DNA of 64,000 nucleotides from an uncultured Chloroflexia bacterium (GCA_963813535.1 CAWEZH010000002.1:160001-224000); one strand, 5' to 3'. Positions 1 to 11,067 are shown, counted from the first letter of the stretch. The notes: generated by a model not told the origin, from the letters alone. Numbers and translations: made by a program.

Positions 1-1
1 G

Positions 2-124
2 GAAGAGGACGAACGCCGCCGCCTGTGGTCGATGCTGGTCGCCCTCGGCTCCTCGGCCTACACCGACGCCAACGCCGCCCTGCGCTCGCGCGAGACACAG
101 ATCGTCATCCTCGAAGCTCGCTGA
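2..124 (+). CDS. 3' end of probable deazaflavin (F420)-dependent nitroreductase family protein (partial)
   Basis: Manual translation EEDERRRLWSMLVALGSSAYTDANAALRSRETQIVILEAR* resembles the 'ERERLW...Y....R.R.IPVVVLE' C-terminus of this family. Confidence 0.55.
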   Translation, partial: EEDERRRLWSMLVALGSSAYTDANAALRSRETQIVILEAR

Positions 125-184
125 CACCCGGGCGCGTACCCTAGACCGGACGAGCGCGCGATCGCGGAGAGCGAGGGGATCCCG

Positions 185-1116
185 ATGGCTCCGCAACAAC
201 TCGTCTACGTCCACGGCGCCGGGACCGCAGAAGCCGCGCCGCTGCCCTCAAGCACGAGCTCGACATGTCGCTGTTCGGCAAGGACATGTCGACCACGCGA
301 GTAGCGCACTACGCGAGTGTCCGCTGGCCACCGACCACCGGCGGCACGGGGGTCGCGCCCACGGCCTCCGGTCGCGCTCGACGCACCAAAGCGATCCGCC
401 GAGCGACCGATCCGGCGCTCACCACCGGTGCAGCCGCCGACGAGATCGTGAACGCCACGCTGCGCGGCCCGTCCGTCGGCTTCGGCGCTGCCGCGCCGCC
501 CAGCGCCCAGGAGATCGCGCAGGCTAAGAAGCTCGTGCAACAGCTCTACCGGCGCGCCGACCGTGTCGCCAGTCGCTCCGCGGCCCCGACCCCGGGACTG
601 GCGCTCGGCGTGTCGTTCCCCGATCCGATCTTTCGATTCATCGTCGGCAAGTTCGCCAGCGACGTCATCGACTACCTCTATGGGCCGTTCAAGCACCAGA
701 TGCAGGTGCCGGTGTTCGACGCGCTGCGAAAGAGCCCGCGACCAAAGGTCATCGTCGCCCACAGTCTCGGCACGATCATCCTGTACGACGTCCTGTCCGA
801 TCCGGCACTCACTGGCCTCACCGACAACGTGCTCATCACCGCGGGCTGTCCGCTCGGCATCGGCAACGTCCAGAAGCGCCTGCGTAACGGGGCGGCACAA
901 CCGCACCCGGTGCCAGTCGCGCTCAAGGCCTGGTCCAACTTCGCTGACCGCTGGGACCCCGTCGCCCTCGAGCAGACGCTTCGCGACGAATTCGAGCCTC
1001 CCAAGAACTTCGCGAAGGACGACCAGGTCAACAACCCGGCGCGGGACAACCACGATCTGCTGGGCTACCTCTCGGTCGCGATCGTGCGCGACGCGATCGT
1101 CGCGGCCGCCGGCTAG
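185..1116 (+). CDS. Alpha/beta-fold hydrolase (lipase-like), frameshifted near 5' end
   Basis: ATG 185 after GAGGGG gives MAPQQLVYVHGAG (HG oxyanion motif) and joins ORF 265-1116 via indels. VIVAHSLG nucleophile, WSNFADRWDPVA Asp, NHDLLGYL His. Confidence 0.8.
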
Positions 1117-1124
1117 AAATCACG

Positions 1125-2885
1125 ATGCGGATCCGCGCGCCGCTCATGATCCAGGACCCGGACATCGCGGTCACGGATATCGGCCGCCACGTCGAAGAGT
1201 GGCGCGGCATCGACGAGGATCATTACCTTGATGGGCCGGTGACGCCCCGGGTTGCCGTCGTAGACCTGGACCCGGACACGGAGGAGCTGGAGCCCGGCGC
1301 GGTATTCGTCCCGCCTCGGCGAAACCAGACGCTCGGCCGCTACCAGGTTCGCACCGACGATCTCTACGCACCCCATTTCATCCAGGTCAGCGTCTTCGCG
1401 ACGGTCCTTCGGACCATGTACATGTACGAGGAGAGCGACACGCTGGGCCGCAAGATCACCTGGGCGTTCGGCGGTCCGCAGCTCCTCGTCATCCCGCGGG
1501 CGGGTTGGTGGCCGAACGCCTACTACGAACGGCGCTCGCGAAGCCTGCAATTCTTCTCGTTCCGGGCCCGCGGCAAGCTCATCCACACCAGCCTCTCGCG
1601 CGACATCGTCGCCCACGAGACAGCCCACGCCCTGATCGATGGGATCGATCCGGACCTCTACGACGCACTCGATCCCCAGTCGCTCGCGCTGCACGAGGGC
1701 ATCGCCGATCTCACTGCCGTCCTGATCGCCTTCCGCAGCGGCAGGCTTCGAAAGGCGGTCCTCGACCAGACCAACGGCTCGATCGAGAGATCGACCCGAT
1801 TCAGCTCGATCGGCGAGGAGTTCGGGCGCGCCATCGACCCGAGCGGCGCGGTCGGCTATCTCCGCAACCTGCTCGACGACAGCAAGCTCGATCCCGACAG
1901 TGATCCGGGGGACGAGCCCGAGGAGCACGTCCTGAGCCAGGTGGTCACCGGCGCCCTCTACAGGCTCATGGTCGACCTCCACCGCGACTACAAGCAGCGC
2001 CTGGCGCAGCGGCGGGGAGAGTCGCAGTTCTCCGTATCGGGTCGTGCGCTGTTCGGTGCCTCAGAGCAGTTCAAGCGGATGATCCTGCGTGGACTCGACT
2101 ACCTGCCGCCTGGCGAGGTCACCTTCGCCGACTACGGCCGGGCGATCCTGGCAGCCGACCAGGCCTCGTTCCAGGACGACACGTGGCGCCGATACATCCG
2201 GAAGGAGTTCGTGCGGCGGGGCATCGTCAAGCGCGCGCGGCAGCTCGACGTCCAGACGAACGTCCCGAACGCAGCCCTCGCCGACATCGACCTGCAGGGC
2301 CTGGTCGACAGCGCGTGGTTGGCCTACACGTTTGCCGAGAAGAACCGCAAGCTGCTGCGGATCCCGAAGGACGCCCAGTTCGAGGTGATGCCGCGCATCA
2401 TCGTCAACAAGCGGTTCCTGCTCCCGGACCAGAACATCGATCAGGCGGCCGCCGTCCACGAGGACACATCCGCCGACGACGATGCCCGGATCGAACCGGC
2501 TGAGCCCGGCGCGGAGATCCCCCTGCCAGTCAAGGAGCTTCTGTTCAAGGTCCGATGGAGTGTCACGGAGGACAACCCGCCGGACCTCGGCATCGCTCCG
2601 AGGCGGCGCATCCAGACCGGAACGACCCTCGTCATCGACTGGGATCGGCGGCTCGTTCGATCACTCCTCGGCCCGTTGGACCTCGAAGCGAGGAAACCGG
2701 CGCGGGACACGATGCTGCGGCGGCTGATGGATCGCGGCCTCCTCCAAGTGACGAGACCGGACGACCCCGACGCGATCCAACAGACCCTCGGGACCGGTGT
2801 CGAGGCGGTGGTGACCGACCGCGTCCTGCGGGTAAGCAGCACGGCGCGGCTGCTGCATGTGGCGCGGGACGTCAGCTATGAGTGA
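1125..2885 (+). CDS. Gluzincin (M4/M36-like) zinc metallopeptidase, no signal peptide
   Basis: NAYY, IVAHETAH (HExxH), LHEGIAD third ligand, EEH motif. Confidence 0.85.
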   Translation: MRIRAPLMIQDPDIAVTDIGRHVEEWRGIDEDHYLDGPVTPRVAVVDLDPDTEELEPGAVFVPPRRNQTLGRYQVRTDDLYAPHFIQVSVFATVLRTMYMYEESDTLGRKITWAFGGPQLLVIPRAGWWPNAYYERRSRSLQFFSFRARGKLIHTSLSRDIVAHETAHALIDGIDPDLYDALDPQSLALHEGIADLTAVLIAFRSGRLRKAVLDQTNGSIERSTRFSSIGEEFGRAIDPSGAVGYLRNLLDDSKLDPDSDPGDEPEEHVLSQVVTGALYRLMVDLHRDYKQRLAQRRGESQFSVSGRALFGASEQFKRMILRGLDYLPPGEVTFADYGRAILAADQASFQDDTWRRYIRKEFVRRGIVKRARQLDVQTNVPNAALADIDLQGLVDSAWLAYTFAEKNRKLLRIPKDAQFEVMPRIIVNKRFLLPDQNIDQAAAVHEDTSADDDARIEPAEPGAEIPLPVKELLFKVRWSVTEDNPPDLGIAPRRRIQTGTTLVIDWDRRLVRSLLGPLDLEARKPARDTMLRRLMDRGLLQVTRPDDPDAIQQTLGTGVEAVVTDRVLRVSSTARLLHVARDVSYE

Positions 2886-4080
2886 TCTCGTCGTCCGCGT
2901 CTACAACGTTCGCTTCGGTGACGCCATCCTCGTGTCCATCCCGGAGAAAGCGGGCGGGCACGATGTCGAGCGCACGATCCTCTTCGACTTCGGCAACGCG
3001 CTGAAGAAGGCTGGCGGGGTCGATGCGGTCTTCGAGCCCGTCATCGACGACCTCAAGGCCAGGCTCGGCGGGAAGCCCCTCGACCTCTACGTGATGACCC
3101 ACGAGCACCTGGACCACGTTCAGGGCCTCTTCTACGCCAAGGAGGAGCTCAAGAAGTCCATCAAGGCGAAGCAGGTCTGGTTGACCGGGTCGGCGGCGCC
3201 GACCTACTACGACACGCACACCAAGGCGAAGAAGCGGAAGAAGGCGGCGCTCGCGGCGCAGCGGGCGACGACCGCCCGGCTCCGGACGCTCTCGCGGCTT
3301 TCACCGTTCGCTGCGATGCTCCTGGCGAACAACGACGTGCGGACGACGGCGAAGTGCATCGACTTCCTACGGAACGGGCTGGCCAAGCCCGCCGACGTGC
3401 ACTACGTCGACCGGACGACCGATCTGAGCACGCTGCAGCCGGCGAAGGCCGCCAAGGTAACGCTCTGGGCCCCGGAGGAGGACACAGCCGACTACTACGG
3501 CAAGTTCGAGGCCTTGGCCTCAAGCCTGCGGATCGGGGATTCCACCGACTTCGATGACCTCGATCTGGGGCTCCGGGACGTCAAGGAGCTGGAGCTCCCG
3601 CAGCCGCCGCGCGGGGTCGATGCCGGATCGTTCTACAACCTGCTCGACGTCCGCCATTCGAACTCGGCATCGAACCTTCTGAACATCGACCAGGCGTCCA
3701 ACAACACCTCCATCGTGACGCTCATCGAGTGGAAGGGTTGGAAGCTGTTGTTCACCGGTGACGCCGAGAAGCGCAGCTGGCGGCAGATGGACAAGCTCGG
3801 GCTCGTCCAGCCGGTCCACTTCCTGAAGGTCAGCCACCACGGCAGCCATACCGGCATGCCACCGGGCGAGATCCTGGACAAGCTCCTCCCCATGTCGGCG
3901 CCGGCCGGCACTGGGCGGCCACGGGCGGCAGTGTCGACGTTCCCCGGCAACTACGACTCCGTGCCGAACGAGAGGACGCTGATCGAGCTGCGGAAGCGCA
4001 CGGATCTGAAGTCGACGCTCGACCTCACCCAGAACGAAGTGTTCGTGGAGTTCAAGTTCCCGTCGACCGGCCCGCAATAG
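2878..4080 (+). CDS. MBL-fold metallo-hydrolase (ComEC/Rec2-like)
   Basis: NVRFGDAIL, THEHLDH, NNTS, LLFTGDAE, KVSHHGS. Start overlaps upstream stop (ATGAGTGA). Confidence 0.9.
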   Translation: MSDLVVRVYNVRFGDAILVSIPEKAGGHDVERTILFDFGNALKKAGGVDAVFEPVIDDLKARLGGKPLDLYVMTHEHLDHVQGLFYAKEELKKSIKAKQVWLTGSAAPTYYDTHTKAKKRKKAALAAQRATTARLRTLSRLSPFAAMLLANNDVRTTAKCIDFLRNGLAKPADVHYVDRTTDLSTLQPAKAAKVTLWAPEEDTADYYGKFEALASSLRIGDSTDFDDLDLGLRDVKELELPQPPRGVDAGSFYNLLDVRHSNSASNLLNIDQASNNTSIVTLIEWKGWKLLFTGDAEKRSWRQMDKLGLVQPVHFLKVSHHGSHTGMPPGEILDKLLPMSAPAGTGRPRAAVSTFPGNYDSVPNERTLIELRKRTDLKSTLDLTQNEVFVEFKFPSTGPQ

Positions 4081-4134
4081 GCGGACGGCGGGATTGATCC
4101 GGTTCGTCCCGGGACCAACGGAGGAGGAGATCGC

Positions 4135-5223
4135 ATGGCCGGGCAGTTTCGACCACGAGCGGTGTTCCAGTTGCAGCGGGATGCGAAACATCCGATCGGG
4201 TCGCGATTGGGCGGCGTCAACTGCAACCCCACCGCGGGTGCCACGCTCGTCGGCTTCGTCACGTGTGGTGCCAAGCGGACGACGGGTGCCGCTGTACGCG
4301 AGCTTACGAACGATACCGAGGGCGGGACCGTCCTCAGCACCGTCGCTGCAGCACTGCGCCGGGGTTTCGGGGTCGAAATCGACGTCGATACCGGGTCGTT
4401 CGATCGGATCATCAAGGCCCTCGACTCGCGTCGTGGCGTGACGCTCAGCGGGTCCAGCATCGCGACCCGCGGGACGCGGTTCCAGGCCAGCGAGACGTTT
4501 GACGGCAACCATCAGTGGGCCCTGACGGACATCCGCAAGGGGGATGGTGGGCGTCTCGAGATCCTCGTGTTCGATCCCTTGGCTGACGGCCGACGCCGGG
4601 GCATCGCTATTTCGCCGATGTGGATCCCGGTGGGCATCGTCCGCGAGTTCGCGGGCAAGCTCGACCTCAGATCGAAGGCGGAAAAGGCGGCGAAGCGGCC
4701 TCGCCGACCGCTGGGCATCGGTCGGGCGACGTACGGCTTGACGGAGGTCGTCGCCTGCGCCAGCAAGAAGGCACCGGTACCGGGTGTCCGGTTGCGCGCG
4801 GGTGCATCACTCGTGAACGGCCAGGCAGGGCGCGACCGAGTGATCGGGGTGGCCGTCGGGCGGATCCGCGAGCGGCCGACCACGACGTCGGACATCGTCG
4901 GCCGCAAACGTGCCGGCGACCCGTTCCGGGCGTGCCAGCGCATCCGCGGTCAGCGTGTCGCGGGCGACCCGATCTGGCTCGGCGACCGCACGGGCGAGCG
5001 ATGGATGCATGCGTCGTTGTTCAGAGCCATCAAGCAGGAAGGCGCGGAACCCGGGCTCGACCAGGTCGGGGAGGACCCTGAGGCCGCTGCTCTTCCGGAT
5101 GCGGCAGGCGATCAGGGCACCGACGACGAGGTGCTCGAAGGGTTCGAGGACGGCGTGGACGAGCAGGTCGTCGACGAGGTTGCGGCCGAGTCGAGCGAGA
5201 CCGTGACTACCGGTCAGGACTGA
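4135..5223 (+). CDS. Putative papain-like (C39-like) peptidase with SH3-like domain and acidic tail
   Basis: RBS GGAGGAG. Q...VNCNPT, GNHQW, ILVFDP fit a Cys-His-Asp order. RIRERPTTTSDIVG...RWMHASL is SH3-like. Confidence 0.55.
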   Translation: MAGQFRPRAVFQLQRDAKHPIGSRLGGVNCNPTAGATLVGFVTCGAKRTTGAAVRELTNDTEGGTVLSTVAAALRRGFGVEIDVDTGSFDRIIKALDSRRGVTLSGSSIATRGTRFQASETFDGNHQWALTDIRKGDGGRLEILVFDPLADGRRRGIAISPMWIPVGIVREFAGKLDLRSKAEKAAKRPRRPLGIGRATYGLTEVVACASKKAPVPGVRLRAGASLVNGQAGRDRVIGVAVGRIRERPTTTSDIVGRKRAGDPFRACQRIRGQRVAGDPIWLGDRTGERWMHASLFRAIKQEGAEPGLDQVGEDPEAAALPDAAGDQGTDDEVLEGFEDGVDEQVVDEVAAESSETVTTGQD

Positions 5224-5302
5224 CCGTCGATCGGGTTCCACGGTTGTCGGGGTGGGTACCATCGAACGAGAACGGCCTCGACTGACAGACGGGGGAGGAA
5301 CC

Positions 5303-7093
5303 ATGGCAGACGTCCGAGGCAACCCCTGGGAACACGATCCAGGCCCACCCTCGGGGAGCGGCTGGGCGGAGGTCTTCGCCGATACCCCCAACTATCGCGG
5401 ACTCGGCAACGAGGTCGTCGGGCGCGAAGCGTTTCGCTGGCACCACGGTCCGATGTTCTACCGCGGTCGCCTGGACGGTTCCGCCAAGGTCATGGTGGTC
5501 GGGCAGGAGGGTGCCCAGGACGAATCGCTCGCGCACCGTTCCTTCACCGGCGGGACCGGTGCCCGGATGCAGCATCTGCTGCGGTTCCTCGGTCTCGATC
5601 GTTCGTACCTGTTCGTGAACTCGTTCGTCTACCCGATCTTCGGCCAGTACACGCTCGACCTCCGGAAGCTCGCCCAGGATCCTCGATCGCCGATCGTGAG
5701 CCACCGCAACCGGATCTATGACAAGGCGGTCGTCGATGGCGACGTGCGCCTGGTCATCGCGGTCGGTCGTGCGGCGAAGGAGTCCGTATCCACATGGATC
5801 GAGTCGCACGGAGGGACGGCCCAACCCGAGGCCCTGCACACCGCGACGCTGGGCACCTTGCCGAACCGGGTTCGAGTCGTGGGTGTGGTGCATCCGGGAA
5901 GCGCGTCGGGGGGCTCGACCAGCGCTATCAAGGCTGACTTCGTCCGCGCCATCGGCCGAATCCGCGACTGGCTGCAGGCCGACGCGGGCTGGTTGCCCGC
6001 CGATCCCGGCATGACGCGGAACCTCACCGCATCCTTCCCGTATTCCTCGGCCCCGATCCCGTACCGGGACTTCCCGTTCGGGACATGCCCGCGCCTCGGT
6101 CGGGGCGGGACGTCAAGCAACCGCAGCGACGACCAGCGAGCGATCCGCCTGTTCTCGGCAGCCGGCAAGTACAACGCCGCAGGGGCCCACCTGACCGATC
6201 CGTCGTCGGCGACTGGGACCAACCAGGGGTACGACGACGACCCGGGCGACCTGCCGTATGAGCCGCCGCGCGCCAGTCCGCTCGCCTTCGACGCTGGCCC
6301 GCCGACCAACTTGGCGCGCCTGTTGATGGGGGCCGAGGCGGGCTTCGAGTGGCCTGACTTCGCCTCGCTCGGCGTAACGGCGCACCCGTCGTTCGGCGTC
6401 GGACCGATCTATCGCGGCCGGTTCGGAACCCTGAGCCTCGTCATCCTTGCCGATCAGCGGTCCGCGGACGACACATTCAGCGGCCGAGCGCTCACTGGCG
6501 ACGCGGGTCAACGATTCCAGGGCGTCCTGCGTGCGGCCGGGCTGACGAAGCGCTACCTGGTCATCCGCACGCTGCCCGTCGACACCATGGATCTCAGCGC
6601 GGCCAAGCGCTTGTCGTTGGTCGATCACCCCAAGGTGCGGGCGATGCATCGCGAGCTCCTGAGCCGCGTTCGGTCCGCGAACGGCGGGGTCACCGCGCTC
6701 CTCGCGATGGGCCCCGGCGCCCGGCGGCTCGCCCCGAATGTCGTCCCAGCCGGGCTCGACGTGATCGAGCTCGCAGCGCATGGGGAACCGGGATTCCAGG
6801 CGTCCTGGCAAGCGGCACTGGCGCAGCTCGCGGGGCGCACCTACACCAAGGACGTTGCCAATCCGAGCTTCGATGCCCCGACCACCCGCAGTCAGGTCCC
6901 ACGGATCGATCTGCCCTATGGCACGCCCCGGTGGGTCGGGAGCTCGGGGGATCGAGGCGTACGGCCGATGGACACCGACATCGACAAGCCAACGCCGGAC
7001 TATCTCAAGCTGTTCCTGCCAGCCTGGGTCGCGGGTCTCGCGGCGGCGCCGCTGAGCCCGGCGGAGCAGACCGCGGCCGACCAGCTCAGCTGA
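5303..7093 (+). CDS. Uracil-DNA glycosylase superfamily protein with two tandem UDG-like domains
   Basis: RBS GGGGAGG. Domain 1 VMVVGQEGAQDE..RSFTGGTGARMQHLL..VHPGS; domain 2 LVILADQ..RALTGDAGQRFQGVL. Confidence 0.75.
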   Translation: MADVRGNPWEHDPGPPSGSGWAEVFADTPNYRGLGNEVVGREAFRWHHGPMFYRGRLDGSAKVMVVGQEGAQDESLAHRSFTGGTGARMQHLLRFLGLDRSYLFVNSFVYPIFGQYTLDLRKLAQDPRSPIVSHRNRIYDKAVVDGDVRLVIAVGRAAKESVSTWIESHGGTAQPEALHTATLGTLPNRVRVVGVVHPGSASGGSTSAIKADFVRAIGRIRDWLQADAGWLPADPGMTRNLTASFPYSSAPIPYRDFPFGTCPRLGRGGTSSNRSDDQRAIRLFSAAGKYNAAGAHLTDPSSATGTNQGYDDDPGDLPYEPPRASPLAFDAGPPTNLARLLMGAEAGFEWPDFASLGVTAHPSFGVGPIYRGRFGTLSLVILADQRSADDTFSGRALTGDAGQRFQGVLRAAGLTKRYLVIRTLPVDTMDLSAAKRLSLVDHPKVRAMHRELLSRVRSANGGVTALLAMGPGARRLAPNVVPAGLDVIELAAHGEPGFQASWQAALAQLAGRTYTKDVANPSFDAPTTRSQVPRIDLPYGTPRWVGSSGDRGVRPMDTDIDKPTPDYLKLFLPAWVAGLAAAPLSPAEQTAADQLS

Positions 7094-7095
7094 CC

Positions 7096-10000
7096 ATGCC
7101 CGCTGCACCGCTTCCCCGCTATGGACTGCGCGGGCGGGTGGTCACGATGAACGCAGTCCGCGACGTCGTCGCGGACGGCATCGTGTGGGTCGCCGACGGC
7201 TCGATCAGCGACGTGACACCGGCGAACCAGACGCCGGCCGCCCACGCCGGGTCTCCGGTCGTCGCCACGGCCGGCACGATCTACCCGGGCATGATCGAGC
7301 TCCACAACCACCTCGCCTACAACACGCTGCCGTTGTTCAGGATCCCGCGGCTCTACACGAAGCGAGAGGAGTGGCAGGGTACCCGCGGGTACCGACGGTA
7401 TGTCAGCGGCCCCGCCGGGGTCGTCGCGTCGCTGCCGGACTTGATCCGGGCGACGATCCGCTACGTCGAGTGCAAGAGCCTGATCGCGGGCACGACGACA
7501 TCCCAGGGGCTGACCCTGCGCGCGGCCCCGATCAAGCACCTCTACAAGGGCATCGTCCGCAATGCCGAGCAACCGGACGCGGCCGGCCTGGACGCGGCGC
7601 GACCCAAGATCGGCGACGTGACCCCGGAGGGCCGTGAGTCGTTCCGCAAGTCGCTGGCTGGCAAGGGTGCCCGGATCGTCCACCTGGCCGAGGGGCTTCC
7701 GACCTCGAAGGCCCACGACCACTTCACCGACCTCCAGGCGCCCAACGGCACGTGGGCGATCGGGCCGAAGTTCGTCGGCATCCATTCGACGGCTCTCACT
7801 CCGTCCGACCTCGCCATCGTCGACCAGCTGGGCGGATCGATCGTCTGGTCGCCGTTCAGCAATCTCGCCCTGTATGGCGGGACGACCGACGCCAAGACCG
7901 CCATGGATCTCGGGATCAAGGTCGCCCTCGGCTCTGATTGGTCGCCGACCGCGAGCAAGAACCTGCTTCATGAGCTCAAGGTCGCGCGCATCTGGAGTGA
8001 CGATCAGCAGCTCGGCTTCACGGATCGCCAGCTCATCGAGATGGTGACCGTGACGCCCGCGGAGATCCTCGGCTGGCACGGTCGTCTGGGCTCGCTCGAG
8101 CCTGGCAAGCTCGCCGACATCACGGTCGTTTCCGGCAAGACGGGCGAGCCGTATCGCCATCTCGTCGACGCGACCGAGTCGGACATCCGCGTCGTCGTCA
8201 TCGGTGGGATCGCCCGCTACGGGACGCCCGCGATGCTGGCGAGACTCAGCCCTGTCGATGAGCAGGCCGACGTCGCCGGCAAGCCTCGGGCGTTCCATCT
8301 CGACGTGCACGATCCCGATCCGGTCCTGGGTCCCATGGGACTCACCGACGCGACCGCGACCCTAGCCGATGCGCTCGCGCACATGCCCGAGCGCGCCGCG
8401 GCCATCGGGTCCGTCGAGCTCGGTGTCGTTGCCGCCCAGGCCGTGGCCGGCGCGGACGCGGACGAGCGCTGGTTCCTGGAACTCGACCAGCCACCCATCG
8501 CCGGCGTCTCGGCGACCCTCTTCGACGGCATCGCCCCGGCATTGCTGGACGTCGTGATCGGCGCCGAGAGCTTCGCGTCGATCGCCATTGCCCTCAAGCT
8601 CGATCCCCTAGCGACCGAAGGCGACGACGCGTTCTTCGACATGCTGGCCAACCTCGAGAACCTCCCGGCAGTCCTGCGGGACACGCTGCCGGGCCGCTAC
8701 GGCGAGGTGCCGCGGGCTCCCACAGAGGGGGTCGGGCTCGAGGACGATGACCTGGCGATCGCACCTCTACCGCTGTCGGAGTTGCTCGAGCGTGCGGGCG
8801 ATCTGACCCTCGCCGATCGACGGCTCATCGTCCAGCAAGCGATGGTCCTGCTCGACCAGGCCTACGTCCATCTGCCGATGAAACGGGCGAGGTACGCGGC
8901 TGATCCGCTGCAGCGCCTGCGACTGATGGCGCACCGGCTTGAAGCTCTGGCGCCGACCGACGAGCTCGGCCCCGAGAGCCTGTTCCATGAGGAGCTCATC
9001 GAGATCTTCACCGCCCTTCGTGACCTGCACACCCACTACGTCCCGCCCGAGCCGTACCGGTCGCACACGGTGTTCCTGCCGTTCCTCGTCGAAGAATGCA
9101 CGCGGGCGGGTCGGCTGCAGTACCTCGTGTCCAAGGTCGCCCACGGAGCCGAGCTCGACCCGTCATTCGCACCGGGGGTGGAGGTGACCCACTGGAACGG
9201 AACGCCGATCCGACGGGCCATCGAGCGCAATGCCGAGAATCAGAGCGGAGGCAACCGGGCGGCTCGGATGGCACGCGGGCTCGACGCGCTGACGATCCGC
9301 ACGCTCGGCCGCACAGCGCCACCGGATGAGGACTGGGTCGACGTGGCCTACCTGACCCCAGAGGGTGGCGAGGGACTGGTTCGCACCCGCTGGAGCACCT
9401 ATCAGCCGCTCGAGCCGTCGCCCTTCGGGGATCTCGAGCAGGCATTCGCCAGTGCGGTCCCGGTCAGGTCCGGCAATCGGGGCCGGCTCGGCGCGCTCGG
9501 TGTCGACGACCAGACCGCGACCGTCAACCTGGTCCGGCGCGACCTCTACGCTCGAGGCTGGCAGCGGACGGCAGCCTGCCGGGTCCGACGAACTGGTCAC
9601 CGAGCTGCCCGGGATCCTGCGCGCAAGGATCAGGGGGACGAGTGCGGGGGACGTCCTGCACATGCGGATCTTCACGTTCGTGGTCCCGGATCCCGGGGCG
9701 TTCGTCCAGGAGTTCGTGCGCCTCGTGCAACTCAGACCCAGCGTCGGCTTGATCGTCGACGTCAGAGGCAACGGCGGCGGCGACATCCGCGCTGCGGAGC
9801 GCCTGCTGCAGGTCATGACGCCCCATCCGATCGGACCCGAACCGACGCAGTTCATCGTCAGCCCATTGGTCCGTCGCCTGTGCATGGCCAACCAGGGTGG
9901 CCCGATCGACCTCACGTCCTGGGCGCCCTCGGTCGTCGATGCGGTGGAGACCGGTGCCACCTTCTCGACTGGGTTTCCGATCACGTCGGCAGTGGACGTG

Positions 10001-10648
10001 AATGACCTCGGCCAGGGCTACTACGGTCCGGTCGTCCTGATCACGGATGCCCGCTGCTACAGCGCCACGGACATCTTCGCCGCCGGATTCCAGGACCACG
10101 ACATCGGGCGGATCGTCGGGGTCGCCGAGCGTACAGGTGCCGGCGGAGCGAACGTGTGGACGCACCCTCTGCTCCGGGCGCTGCTACCCGACCAGGACAA
10201 TCCGCTCAAGGAGCTTCCGAGACAGGCATCCTTCCGCGTGGCGGTACGCCGCACGACGCGCGTGGGGTCGCATGCCAGCGAGCTCCTCGAGGACCTGGGT
10301 GTCTTCGCTGACACGGTGCATGCCATCACGGACGCCGATCTGCTCGAGGACAATCGGGACCTGATCGAAGCCGCCGTTGCCGCGATGCAGGGGCGCGCGA
10401 CGAGGCGACTGGTGGCCGACGTGTCGCCGGCGGGCGATGGCGTGACGATCGACGTGGCCACGACCAACCTGGACCGGGTCGATGCCTATCTCGACGGTCG
10501 CCCCGTTGCTTCCGAAGACGTGCAGGACGATGAGTGCACGTTCGTCCTTCCGCACGCGATGATCAGCAACGGCGGGGAGGTGCGGCTGGAAGGGTTCCAA
10601 GGTGGCACGCTGAGCGCCGCGCGGCGACTCATGATCCCGATCGGATGA
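7096..10648 (+). CDS. Amidohydrolase (deaminase-like)-S41 peptidase fusion, frameshift ~9560
   Basis: ELHNH, HLAEG, GIH, LGSDWSP, GKLADI in N-half. S41 motifs IVDVRGNGGG, CYSATDIF, TGAGGANVW in ORF 9365-10648. The S41 N-terminal helices (YVHLPMKRA) are in frame with the amidohydrolase. Confidence 0.8.
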
Positions 10649-10683
10649 GGACCGTCGACCACCGCGCCGACCTGATGGGGGCA

Positions 10684-11022
10684 TCAGCCCTCGGGTTCGG
10701 CCTCTTCGTCGCCCCACGATCTTCCCTCGCCGATCCGCGTCCGGCGCGATCGCTGGAATGCCGCGGACTGGCGCAGGTTCCATGCCTGCACGCCCATTCG
10801 GGCGACCTCGTCAAGACCGCCCAGGTCGTCCGGAACGGGGCCTTTGAACATCCGCACCGTCTCGGGCGTTTCGGCCGACCCGGCGGTCCCGCTTTCCGCG
10901 AGCTCGACGACCAGTGCCCGATCGCCGTATGCCTGGACCGGGCGACCGCCAGCGGCGGCGAGCCACGCCCGAACATCGTCGGGAGAAGCGGCGGGGGCCA
11001 GGACCACGAAGTACTCGGCCAT
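10684..11022 (-). CDS. Small protein homologous to the N-terminal (pro)domain of the divergent metallopeptidase
   Basis: VQAYGDRALVVEL / GLDEVARMGVQAWNLRQS..GEGRSWGD align by eye with LHRYGSRVLIGEV / GLSEAEAVGLAAWDLRVS..LDGQRWDA of the 11068 gene. Confidence 0.75.
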   Translation of the reverse strand: MAEYFVVLAPAASPDDVRAWLAAAGGRPVQAYGDRALVVELAESGTAGSAETPETVRMFKGPVPDDLGGLDEVARMGVQAWNLRQSAAFQRSRRTRIGEGRSWGDEEAEPEG

Positions 11023-11067
11023 CGATCACACGTTCTGCCGGACCACGGGACGCTCGGAGGATAGGAC

